From Trichodesmium erythraeum IMS101 (GTDB lineage: Bacteria > Cyanobacteriota > Cyanobacteriia > Cyanobacteriales > Microcoleaceae): a stretch of 32,000 nucleotides of DNA. The DNA is taken from contig NC_008312.1 in assembly GCF_000014265.1 (NCBI RefSeq), forward strand, positions 150,001 to 182,000, given 5' to 3'. Shown one piece after another: positions 26,401 to 32,000 of this stretch; position 1 is the first letter of the stretch, and each line of letters begins with the position of its first letter. The position numbers and the translations under genes are program-made. The notes under the pieces were generated by a model that had not been told where the DNA came from, made no database searches, and saw nothing but the letters and a program-made list of their open reading frames with translations.

Positions 26401-27388
26401 AAATTTTTGCTTGTTCATCCAGGTCAGATTCTCCTGATACATTCCCTAGATGTAGATAGATTTCTATCAGGTATTGAGAAATTTCTTTCAGAGATAATGA
26501 ATTGGGAAAATTAGAGTTTTTTAGAGCTTTTAAAAAGTTGGCGCCGGCTACTTTCCCTTTGTCTAATTCATCTGTACTTTCTGCTAATAAATTACTCCAT
26601 TTACAGTAACCTTCCACAAAAGAATTGTTCTGAATAGCTTTTTGTAAATTAGTCATGGCTTCTGAGAGTTTTCCTTGTTCCATTAGGGAATAAAAACTCT
26701 CACTATAAGCTGTTAGATTTTCTGGTTCTAGTTCTATGATTTGCTGAAAATATTTAACTGCTTTTTCATGTAATCCCTGACTTTGATATACTTGACCAAG
26801 ATGATAAAGAGATATGGTAAATTGAGGTTCTAACTTTAGGGATTTTTTCAAGTAAGTTATTGCCTGGTCTAATTGACTTTTTTGTAATAGGGCTTGACCA
26901 ATATTATTGTAGATAGTAAAGTCGTCTGGTTTCAGCAATAAAGCTTCTTTAAATACAGCAATTGCTGCATCTGATTGACCTTGATGCAATAAAATACAAC
27001 CCCAATTACTGTAACAATTAACTATAGTTTCATGAGGGTTACTTTTCTCACTTTTTGATAAGTTTATTGCTTGCTGATAACTATCAATTGCTGAAATTAA
27101 TAAACCTTGATTTTGCAAGACAATGCCCAGATTATAATAAGCGTTAATATCGTCTGGTTTTAGGGCAATTGCTTTTTTATAGCTCTGATATGCTCCTAAT
27201 AAATCTCCCTGTTGATAGTGTATAATCCCTAAGTTATAGTTAACTTGTTGTAAATTTGGATTCTGATTTAGTGCCTGTTGATAATAAAATGCTGCTTCTT
27301 CTAATTGGCCTTTTTCCTGGCACAATGAACCTTTAATTGCGATGTTTTTAGCTTCATCTATCAGTTGAATAACAGGAGTATTTTGCAT
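17483..27388 (-). CDS. giant (3301 aa) multidomain protein: TPR arrays + GT61/DUF563-like domain + GT-A (family-8-like) domain + helical repeat modules + C-terminal GT-B (group-1/GT4-like) glycosyltransferase
   Basis: A 9.9-kb uninterrupted ORF in AT-rich DNA.
- TPR blocks: ~26240-27388, ~23950-24900, ~22830-23440, ~20700-22400.
- GT61-like domain (~25030-26040): HWMVDILPRLE..., ERIYISR, KVIIGAHGSGLTNIIFSPRGTKVIEL.
- GT-A domain (~19800-20545): AAITMVSKNYLPQARTLCETFLEHHP, LVYIDPDIQIF, YNLGFIGLKK, FFHFSGYSP.
- GT-B domain (17483-~18600): VLLLKVSS..., VYVSLHRSEGFGLTLAEAMAMGKPVIATKYSANLDFM (ExFG...E signature).

I saw no long hydrophobic segment. Confidence 0.85.
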   Translation of the reverse strand: MQNTPVIQLIDEAKNIAIKGSLCQEKGQLEEAAFYYQQALNQNPNLQQVNYNLGIIHYQQGDLLGAYQSYKKAIALKPDDINAYYNLGIVLQNQGLLISAIDSYQQAINLSKSEKSNPHETIVNCYSNWGCILLHQGQSDAAIAVFKEALLLKPDDFTIYNNIGQALLQKSQLDQAITYLKKSLKLEPQFTISLYHLGQVYQSQGLHEKAVKYFQQIIELEPENLTAYSESFYSLMEQGKLSEAMTNLQKAIQNNSFVEGYCKWSNLLAESTDELDKGKVAGANFLKALKNSNFPNSLSLKEISQYLIEIYLHLGNVSGESDLDEQAKIYYKKALELEQVTAEDYVKLGNSLVKQNLINSAIIITNLGLETYPEHPEILENLQSLSKSKKAQKKPKFLSSSCERLNSRPWWEQNFQEFNMLHLGSRIYSCSENQTTTNILSQNNSLKRAETETFVAQLLSGRAWVVPQKKYGMINNAIAIINQDNQLVKELSWNEAGQLGCQNSDENKQEIFDLEELPELEKIDGKVAVLSGLYDHVYFHWMVDILPRLEILKLHGIDLKEIDFFLVSNYQMPFQRESLNVLGIPQNKIISSEQHPYIQAKKLIVPSFPGDLGRLTSWSLEFHRQVFLSRIKQEIFTENKTSSFYPERIYISRNNSRYRRVFNEEEVLLKLSEIGFVCIQPDSMNLKEQIAIFSHAKVIIGAHGSGLTNIIFSPRGTKVIELVSPNYIRHYYCGISQKIGLEHYYLKGEDFGCAPIRKLMYQNPLTEDIILNLNSLEKALKVLGIIEKKKILETVFSSEIKASIQKEQQVGIRKKISQEKKKLPMKQVGQKISLKVNSQEIAGQLNKQAELYLKQKELELAKTTCTQALKSQPDYSPACKTLGNVFYAQGQIETAWYWYTKAIEYQPNFAEAYANLGTLSVKKEQWQEAISYYQKALKIQPKFAGVYRNLARIYQKIGSYTEAEKFSIKAEYLEPVNQKITPENQAIKLTLYYKKLGKRLQSQGEVEAAWQSYKKFLSLEKNDPEIYLNIGSLYAQQEQWIEAIKCYQKSLVIQPNYADAYRQLAIAWRKVGKKTKGDNCLYQAYSLEPGKATAEEHLILGNSLLQQKVISQAISCYCRAIELNPNLLGAYESLGEALKLQGTKKPTTKVFPNYWQNLENSLNLLIGENHQNSQGIIQQVRADDTIHIIQKPENFQRVVSKGVSRVISTFDLKSDLSDSVNYLESSLSVLENSQDKRVTNYKEITKTLAPNKPLIIEADVTNVYGNIEGEKTVMNSPKKANNNQIIHSTLKLKEISKVNEVKQINSTFLLKDMTSNGVRNIPNVYIQEAQKYYEEGFYEKAISQCQQAISLKIDVAAAYIIIGDSQKKIGEIKQAESSYKTALEIQQSYGLIYIVLGNLYVEYKILNLVIYCYEKALEIKLKVAENYYKLAMVLTELGETLGVLDFWYQAYSLEPKKVTANDHFNLGNKLYEKGKIAQAVSCYQNSIELNPNLGTVYYNLSLGLKCLGRWDEAVIYYHKAKEIWADKNQNQNNLKGDVNSNISAKLEDKYQNIHQLSAAEIKDKVGADKNQNQNNLKGDVNSNTSAKLEDKYQNGHQLSAAEIKDKVWENKNQNQKSLKGDVNFNISAKLEDKYQNGHQLSAAEIERKSGELLQLNQIVTNQINYSQKAEVKELLKQAKTYYLEGLFSEAIAICYSVIKVEKNSEAYQIMGKAFQQKNQLDNAINCYAQALKLNPNDSGANYEMGNILALLPGKLEEAITYYYKALEIDPYLTEAYYSLANIFVNQNQLKKAVIIYKKLIEIQPNIWENYHNLGNILIEQENFSEGISALYYAIKLNPSSSISYLKLAEILAKSGKLSEAINAYQKVIFIDPNLAEAYQYLGDILRNKGEKEEAIKVYRKAIEIQPQLWTVHHKLGSLFQETEKLEAATNAYRKSIELNPDFCWSYNNLGDVLVRLEKWSEAAGAYGRAIELNPDFCWSYNNLGDVLVRLEKWPEAAGVYHQAIELNPDFPWNYYNLGDVLVKLEDWEGAIIAYSQALEFKLELPEAKQKLDNALHQKVKSGLQSVLNYYLRAIEQEPNNVENYFKAIEIEPNNPELYFGLGNVWLEKKEFDQAITSYEKAIDINPNLGKVYQNLARVFQEKGREKEARESWFKALSLEASLATAEQHFNLGSEFLQEEQHREAVTCYRRAIALNPSFLEAYLLLGQVFRDGQKWSEAISVYRQGLKQIPENQELQTGLKETYSQQNQQQKIEENSNYSTQEIQRDLIHLPHGNEVERVRNTSIAAITMVSKNYLPQARTLCETFLEHHPQARFFVLLVDQVDGYFEPAQEQFQLLTMEDVPLPSADTFPYHYTILELNTAVKPFVLKYLLEKYDDIENLVYIDPDIQIFRPLDAIWNALRTNTTVLIPHMRKPFRDNYSPSEVQILQSGTYNLGFIGLKKNQHSLELLKWWMEKLHLDCVVDIPNGLFVDQKWMDLIPGYFPDTYILHDPSYNVAYWNLHDRTVEKIGDEYLVDGRPLAFFHFSGYSPKNRNKLSKHQTRHNLYDLPTVKELCDGYANKMLKWGYSKAKNFPYAYGKLPNGIKACELINYTLRQLIIKNIPFPSPKFEADEFCKFLMTPSPYLSGKNTPPIITSLLKFRPDVAAAFPNASNNFLDEGFINWLEERGATEHNIDELCHKFKQYWVKTNIIEDLQKILRRRTDVVTAYPNFVSDPQSYDRFCAWLKNSGPREENLKTEEIEKFKKARGGYLKILNLYFLRPDLQSAFCNIHLPKVREKFLEWLKSNLTSLPNIDIDECLWFDLVCEVQQKELTVINLLYNSYLRQLTGSTANLFEIDKIIKSLELAENQEEKNAIIEFLASEKAPTPLSQLEAFYRSQGLLKHLFPDAFQSKENLQELHDYLKENPNIHNLPSQSKAVIKWIDKLEAEIQTYGDDFVVNVAGNFDATTGMGQSARSMEHTLKAVEVNYSKIIVPNTYIDKDTFFDKENKLLLMGWPLPGKGANITVVNADSVGQVHKILPDFYWQGRKNIGYWVWETEELPTSQARAAKGFDEIWTPSEYSAAAIGKKVDKPVRVVPHVIDFAALDSITSDRSEFNLPTDQVLFGFFFDQKSSLERKNPRGLIKAFKKAFKSSEDVVLLLKVSSPVPGNYDYEMLKLESDGLNVIWIEETYHRAKTLRLMNCLDVYVSLHRSEGFGLTLAEAMAMGKPVIATKYSANLDFMDNSNSFLVEAEVIETDRSYGAYPRGTRWAEPDLDQAAEFMKFLCDRSVREKYGDYACKSIKDKLSAVVVASIFKKIFHNFS
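21309..21614 (-). repeat. three consecutive 102-bp (one TPR unit) repeats inside the giant gene, two of them nearly identical
   Basis: A 65-bp perfect repeat occurs at 21411-21475 and 21513-21577 (cacttctctaacctaactaaaacatcccccaaattattataagaccaacaaaaatcaggattcaa). The protein reads IELNPDFCWSYNNLGDVLVRLEKW(S/P)EAAG twice, then IELNPDFPWNYYNLGDVLVKLEDW. Confidence 0.9.
22455..22820 (-). repeat. 3 x 126-bp in-frame tandem repeat (42 aa) inside the giant gene
   Basis: Units start at 22455, 22581 and 22707. The protein unit is DKNQNQNNLKGDVNSNISAKLEDKYQN(I/G)HQLSAAEIKDKV(G/W)A, with only a few substitutions between copies. It lies between two TPR blocks and is not itself TPR-like. Confidence 0.9.
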
Positions 27389-27599
27389 GTATTATTTTTC
27401 TCCATTATTTTCTAAATATGTTTAGTCATAACTGAACCATAACTACTGTCTTTAGTTGGTGTTTAATAGCTAGCCCTACCTATCTAAACATGAAGCACTC
27501 TTACATATAGTGTAGACTTAATTTAATATGCATGGGAAAGTCTTGATAATAATTGTTTAAATATTCTTTTTGGATAAAAATAGCTTAGGTTTTATGATC

Positions 27600-28290
27600 T
27601 TCTACTCTTGATTTATTAGGCTTATAGAATAAGTATTGAATAGACTAGTGTGATTAATTTACTTTTCATAAACTTAATTTAAATACTCCATTGTCTCTAT
27701 TTTTCCCACTATTATTTGATTTTTACCTTTTTTTACGTTGGCAATTTAAAACGGGGCAAATAAATATTATGGTAGTAATTAATGATTATAAACTAGTATA
27801 AACACTGAGGCAATTAGCAGTTTTCGCAGTATAAAGCCTGATAAACATTTGGGTAAACTTCGATGATATAACCCGATTTTAAGGTTAAGTAAGGTATGGT
27901 AAAAATTACCATCACAGCTAAAAATATTAGTTTTATTGGTTGACTGGGGAGGCTATTTGCGATTAATTCGTGTATGAGTAATTCAACTTTTTTCTTTACC
28001 TAAAAGCTAAACTTTATAACCGATAAAATAAAATGTAATTCTAACGAGGGTAGTACTAAGTCTTATTATTGGATAATAACTTATACTAATGGGATAACTA
28101 GCACCAGAAAATAAACGAAAAGCAAAGGTACTAAAGTTGGTTGCAATGATGGTAAAAAATAGAACTATGGAAGGATTTTTTCTATATGCTAGAAAGTATA
28201 GTCGTTTTAATTAAGATTGAGATAAAAATTGAGTATAATAAAATCAAGTAAACTAGAAACTATTTTCAATCAGGCTTTACAGTTTAGACT
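27600..28290 (-). pseudogene. decayed sodium:solute symporter (SSS family) gene
   Basis: Minus-strand translation: LILLYSIFISILIK..YFLAYRKNPSIVLFFTIIATNFSTFAFRLFSGASYPISISYYPIIRLSTTLVRITFYFIGYKV*LLGKEKS*IT..., then a frameshift, then LIANSLPSQPIKLIFLAVMVIFTIPYLTLKSGYIIEVY. The conserved SSS blocks (YFLAGR, ATNFSAFTF, TFYxIGxKxWxLGK, LPYLxLQ) are visible. There are in-frame stops (e.g. TAG at complement 28007-28009, where Trp is expected). The lower boundary is uncertain. Confidence 0.75.
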
Positions 28291-28602
28291 TCAGACAAAA
28301 AGTAAGAATTTTTATTTTGGTGGAAAATAGTGGTAAAATTAGATAATTTTCTTATATATTTGGGGTAGGAATACCATTATTATATAGATGGTTTTTTCGC
28401 CTAAAATTGGAAACAATTAAGGTACAATGCCGTTCAATAAAATTAGATTAAAAAGCATTGGAAAAAGATGTAAAAGAAAATTTAAAAGCTAAATTAGCAT
28501 ATACATAATTTGAAGTTCATCTAACTGCTATTCAGGCTGAGTTTGGGACGATATATACAATTTTAGGTTTGATATATAGACTAACGGTGAGTTATGATTT
28601 AT

Positions 28603-30189
28603 TCAACGTGGCCAAGCAATTTCAGCACTGACAGCAAGATAACGAGCTACAGCACCAGCACCATAACGGTTTAAATGACTGGGATCAAAGAAGTATTCAT
28701 TTTTGGCTAGTTGAGGCTGATATAAATTAAAGTTCAGAAACCTAAAGCCATTTTCTCTCGCTTTACGTTGCATCCACGAATCAAATTCTTTTTCAGCGGA
28801 CCAACGTACAGAGTCTAAATAACTATCAGATAGAGGTAAGTTAACAAATACTAAAGGAATATTTCGAGATTTAGTAAAGTTAACAAGGGAATTTAAAGCT
28901 GCTCCTTGAGTACCTCCAAGATAAAAACTGGCATAGTCACCATCGTAAAGACCTGCTACATAAGGTCGTTGTCGATAATAATAGGAAGGATTAAATTGTC
29001 TATCTATTGCCAGAAAACCATTAGCGTTAATGGCATTAGCAGCATTGGCGATCGCTACTGTTTGTACAGGTAGAGTATAGTTTTGGGTATAAGAGGTTGA
29101 GTTTGAGGAATTTTCCCTAATAGGCCTTTCCAAAAATACTGATTTGGGAACGGGAGTATAAAGGTTTGAAAACCTGTTATGGGGAACTTCAATGGGTTCA
29201 TAGAAATATTTTATATAATTACCTAATTTAATATGGCTATCCTTAACCTCTATTGTCTCCCCTACCGATGTATCCCAAGGAAAATTGGTACTGGGTGAAA
29301 ATACGTTATAGGGTTGAGGAAACTGATAACAGGTAGAAGCAAAATTAGATTGAGCTTGAGGTAACTCGGGACGAATGCCAGAAAGCAATAGTCTTCTACC
29401 CTCAGAAGCAATAATTGAATTATAAGTTCGATCCACTCGCCCACTATTAAAAGCTCGTACTCCATCAGCCCAGATAATTAATTTTGGCAGTTGGTTAGTG
29501 CTTAAAAGTTGTCGGAGTTGAAAGTCAACTACTTGAGCTGTAGCCCCATTAATACCAAAATTAAATATATTTAACCGAGGATAACCTTTAGCCATTAAAT
29601 ATTGTTGTAGTTGTTGGGGGGCGACCCCATGTAAAGCACGGGAACTCCCAACAATTAAAACATCTGGTACACCGATAGTGGCAATGTAAGATAAATAAAG
29701 TTTTAACTGGATATCAAGAATATTACTATTGAAAGAAACAGGGTTAAATTTAGAGGGAGCAGAAGCCGCTTGTTGTTGAGAATAAGCTAGGTTTCTCATA
29801 TACTCAGCAACTTTTTTCTCAGCAAAAACACGTCTAGGGTTTTCTGGGGGCACTGCTTGCATCCAAGCTACTGCTTGCACCCACTCTTGTGCTACTCTAT
29901 CCCATTGTTGTTTGGTTCTTGCATATTGAGCTAAGTTTGCGGCTTTTGTAGCAAACCTAATTGCTTGACTAAAAGGGTCAATGGAAGCACATTGTTGACT
30001 AGAATTAGAGTTTTGAGAAACGAGAAAAGTTTGGGAGTTATTTTCTGTGTGTGAAGTTAAATGACAATTATTAATTAAGATCGGGTTTTTCTCTAAGGTG
30101 GGAGATATTTTGTTTTTAAACTGTTGAGTCGACATACATCCAACAGTTAGGGTGAGCAAAGTTATGGTTACTGTAAAACGTTGAAGCAA
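28603..30189 (-). CDS. DUF1574-like (SGNH/GDSL-fold-like) putative lipoprotein, 528 aa
   Basis: The N-terminus MLQRFTVTITLLTLTVGC has a signal-peptide h-region and a lipobox-like TVGC (Cys18). LIVGSSRALHGV (block-I-like GSS) and FFDPSHLNRYGA (block-V-like DxxH) are present. So is FNFGINGATAQVVDFQLRQLL...LPKLIIWADGVRAFNSGRVDRTYN, which I recall from cyanobacterial DUF1574 proteins. The family assignment is from memory and untested. Confidence 0.6.
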   Translation of the reverse strand: MLQRFTVTITLLTLTVGCMSTQQFKNKISPTLEKNPILINNCHLTSHTENNSQTFLVSQNSNSSQQCASIDPFSQAIRFATKAANLAQYARTKQQWDRVAQEWVQAVAWMQAVPPENPRRVFAEKKVAEYMRNLAYSQQQAASAPSKFNPVSFNSNILDIQLKLYLSYIATIGVPDVLIVGSSRALHGVAPQQLQQYLMAKGYPRLNIFNFGINGATAQVVDFQLRQLLSTNQLPKLIIWADGVRAFNSGRVDRTYNSIIASEGRRLLLSGIRPELPQAQSNFASTCYQFPQPYNVFSPSTNFPWDTSVGETIEVKDSHIKLGNYIKYFYEPIEVPHNRFSNLYTPVPKSVFLERPIRENSSNSTSYTQNYTLPVQTVAIANAANAINANGFLAIDRQFNPSYYYRQRPYVAGLYDGDYASFYLGGTQGAALNSLVNFTKSRNIPLVFVNLPLSDSYLDSVRWSAEKEFDSWMQRKARENGFRFLNFNLYQPQLAKNEYFFDPSHLNRYGAGAVARYLAVSAEIAWPR

Positions 30190-30458
30190 ATTAATTAGAA
30201 TTCCATCTACTACTGTTAGTTTTATTTTCTATCTTAGAGTTTTTGGGTGTGGGAAAATTAAATAATGCTCAAAAACTTACTATATAAAATTTTCAGAATT
30301 TCAGGTTCGGAAAAACGCTATCAATATTGACTTAATTTAGGTTTGAGCTATCTTTTTAGCTTAATTCCCAACAACTCTATTTTTTTTCCACATAAGTTTA
30401 GGAGTGGCATGATATAAATTGATTAAATTAATTCTAGTCACCTAAATTCCTTTACAAA

Positions 30459-31211
30459 CTAAACTGCTAAAAATCTTTGGATCACCTCTTGAGTTAGTTC
30501 CGTGGTATTTCCTGATGCAACAATTCCTCCCTTCTGCATTGCATAGTATCGGTTTGCTTTCCGTACAAAATGGAGATGTTGTTCTACCAAGAGAACAGAA
30601 ATATTTCTACTTTCAATAATATTTCTGAGTGCAGTTTCTATCTCTAAAATAATAGAGGGTTGAATACCTTCAGTTGGTTCATCTAACAAAAGTAAGTTTG
30701 GTTTACCCATCAATGCACGAGCGATCGCTAGTTGTTGTTGTTGACCTCCACTCAAGTTTCCTCCCATTCTAAATAACATTGTTTTCAGAGTAGGAAACAA
30801 TTCAAATATTTCTTCAGGTATTTCATCCTTTCTTTTTCTACCTTTTTTTCTAGCTTCTAAACCTAACAATAAATTTTCTTTTACTGTCAATCTGGGTATA
30901 ATTTCTCTACCTTGGGGTACATAACCAATACCTAAACGAGCCCGTTGGTCCGTTGTCAGTTTAGCAATACCTTTACCCCATAATTTAATTGTTCCTTTCC
31001 GTGGTTTTATTAATCCCATTAATGTTTTTAATAATGTTGTTTTACCCACTCCATTTCTACCAATTAAACATACCATTTCCCCCTGTTTTACACTTAAATC
31101 AACATGACGCAGAATATGACTTTCTCCATAAAATACATTTAAATCGGATATTTGTAGGGCGAAATAATTCAGCTGATTTTTCTCAGTTTTATTCTGGATA
31201 TCAACATTCAT
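30459..31211 (-). CDS. urtE: urea ABC transporter ATP-binding protein UrtE
   Basis: - Walker A: GRNGVGKTTLLKT
- Signature: LSGGQQQQLAIARAL
- Walker B plus the UrtE-typical LLLDEPTEGIQPSIILEIE
- Other conserved blocks: YVPQGREIIPRLTVKENL, VLLVEQHLHFVRKANRYYAMQKGGIVASG
- C-terminal RFLAV. Confidence 0.9.
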   Translation of the reverse strand: MNVDIQNKTEKNQLNYFALQISDLNVFYGESHILRHVDLSVKQGEMVCLIGRNGVGKTTLLKTLMGLIKPRKGTIKLWGKGIAKLTTDQRARLGIGYVPQGREIIPRLTVKENLLLGLEARKKGRKRKDEIPEEIFELFPTLKTMLFRMGGNLSGGQQQQLAIARALMGKPNLLLLDEPTEGIQPSIILEIETALRNIIESRNISVLLVEQHLHFVRKANRYYAMQKGGIVASGNTTELTQEVIQRFLAV

Positions 31212-31249
31212 TTTTTTTATTTTTTTAATTTCTTATTTTAGTCTATAAT

Positions 31250-31695
31250 AAAGTGCTACAAAATTTAACCCTAACTCTTGGCCACCTAAATTATAATACC
31301 GTTTCACAGAAGTTATGTATTAAGATTTTATAAACTCAAAAGGCATCAAAATATGATCGTGATTTCAGAGTAATTAGTCGTCGGGAGCCCACATCTCAAG
31401 TTGACTCAAATTGTGGCTTTAAAGGAGGAAAATTAGATTTATCAATTCATCAATGGGAATGTCCTCATTATGGTACCAAATACGACCACTGCAGAAAATA
31501 CAACAATAAATTATTAGTCACGGCCGGGCAGTCACCAGACAAAAAACGGACAAACCAGGCTAGGGTAGCCCATTCCCATCCCCTCGTTGGGAGGGTAGCA
31601 ACAGAGGTGGGTCCAGCAGCGAATGAAGCCTTAAACCCCCTAAAAGCTTAGGCTCAGTAGGACTCTCTGTGACTAATAGCCGGAGAGGATGTCAG
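31250..31695 (+). mobile_element. decayed 3' remnant of an IS200/IS605-family tnpB element (C-terminal tnpB fragment plus right-end / omega-RNA-like region)
   Basis: The plus-strand frame from ~31348 reads SKYDRDFRVISRREPTSQVDSNCGFKGGKLDLSIHQWECPHYGTKYDHCRKYNNKLLVTAGQSPDKK. This matches the TnpB C-terminus (..PSSQ.CS.CG......L....W.C..CG..HDRD.NAA.NI) with the HDRD and zinc-finger residues mutated. The downstream G+C-richer structured tail is ...gggtagcccattcccatcccctcgttgggagggtagcaacagaggtgggtcc.... It fills nearly the whole urtD-urtE spacer. The left boundary is uncertain. Confidence 0.65.
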
Positions 31696-32000
31696 CCCTA
31701 AATAAACTTCTATAACCCTGGGATCATTTTGTACCTCATCCATAGTTCCCTCACAAAGTACAGAGCCTTGATGTAAAACAGTTACTTTTTCGGCTATTTG
31801 ACGCACAAATTCCATATCATGTTCAATCACAATAATTGAATGACTAGAAGCCAAATTTAACAAAATAGAACCAATATTTTCTGTTTCTTCATCAGTCAAA
31901 CCAGCAACAGGTTCATCTATTAATAATAGGTCAGGAGATTGAGCAACTAACATACCTATTTCTAAACGTTGTTTTTCACCATGAGATAAAAAAGCAGCCT
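31654..32000 (-). CDS. urtD: urea ABC transporter ATP-binding protein UrtD, C-terminal part (gene continues beyond window end), with an altered 13-codon tail
   Basis: The frame is open to the window edge: ..AAFLSHGEKQRLEIGMLVAQSPDLLLIDEPVAGLTDEETENIG...VIEHDMEFVRQIAEKVTVLHQGSVLCEGTMDEVQNDPRVIEVYLG. This carries the ABC signature variant LSHGEKQ, Walker B and the H-loop. The Met at 31953 in the ORF track is internal, not the start. After VIEVYLG the frame reads into the IS remnant (LTSSPAISHRESY*). Confidence 0.85.
   Translation of the reverse strand, partial: AAFLSHGEKQRLEIGMLVAQSPDLLLIDEPVAGLTDEETENIGSILLNLASSHSIIVIEHDMEFVRQIAEKVTVLHQGSVLCEGTMDEVQNDPRVIEVYLGLTSSPAISHRESY

Noticed and set aside
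31654-31953. Treating the 99-aa ORF as a complete small gene starting at Met 31953.
   Set aside because: The frame stays open to the window edge and continues the UrtD ABC signature (LSHGEKQRLEIG). This is the 3' part of urtD.

Overview
AT-rich (by eye about one-third G+C) cyanobacterial chromosomal DNA. I located at least 14 perfect HIP1 octamers (GCGATCGC), and por and urtD/urtE are recognisable. Low G+C, HIP1 and heavy pseudogene/IS load suggest a filamentous Oscillatoriales/Nostocales genome (Trichodesmium-like); this is inference only. Every intact gene is on the minus strand.

Layout:
- 1-202: 5' end of por.
- 0.6-4.9 kb: mobile-element graveyard. It holds an IS903-like IS5-family element with a nested IS1 (intact IRs plus 8-bp TSD), a second IS5-family element split by an IS605-type tnpB pseudogene, and a chimeric junction of two gene fragments.
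- 5.1-7.8 kb: TPR-GT2-GT-B fusion protein (892 aa).
- 8.1-9.0 kb: stand-alone TPR protein.
- 9.1-13.2 kb: 1350-aa multidomain S8 subtilase bracketed by ~90-bp palindromic MITE-like elements.
- 13.2-14.3 kb: gene-less gap.
- 14.3-27.4 kb: apparent operon of a 3301-aa TPR / GT61-like / GT-A / GT-B megaprotein, a SAM methyltransferase and two sulfotransferases.
- 27.6-28.3 kb: decayed sodium:solute symporter pseudogene.
- 28.6-30.2 kb: DUF1574-like lipoprotein.
- 30.5-31.2 kb: urtE.
- ~31.25-31.7 kb: decayed tnpB/omega-RNA remnant.
- 31.65-32.0 kb: 3' end of urtD.

No rRNA, tRNA, CRISPR array or recognisable defence system was seen. The most interesting candidate is the TPR-scaffolded multi-glycosyltransferase, methyltransferase and sulfotransferase locus, which has no exporter, priming or membrane components in the window. 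All domain calls come from motif recognition by eye and need HMM confirmation.
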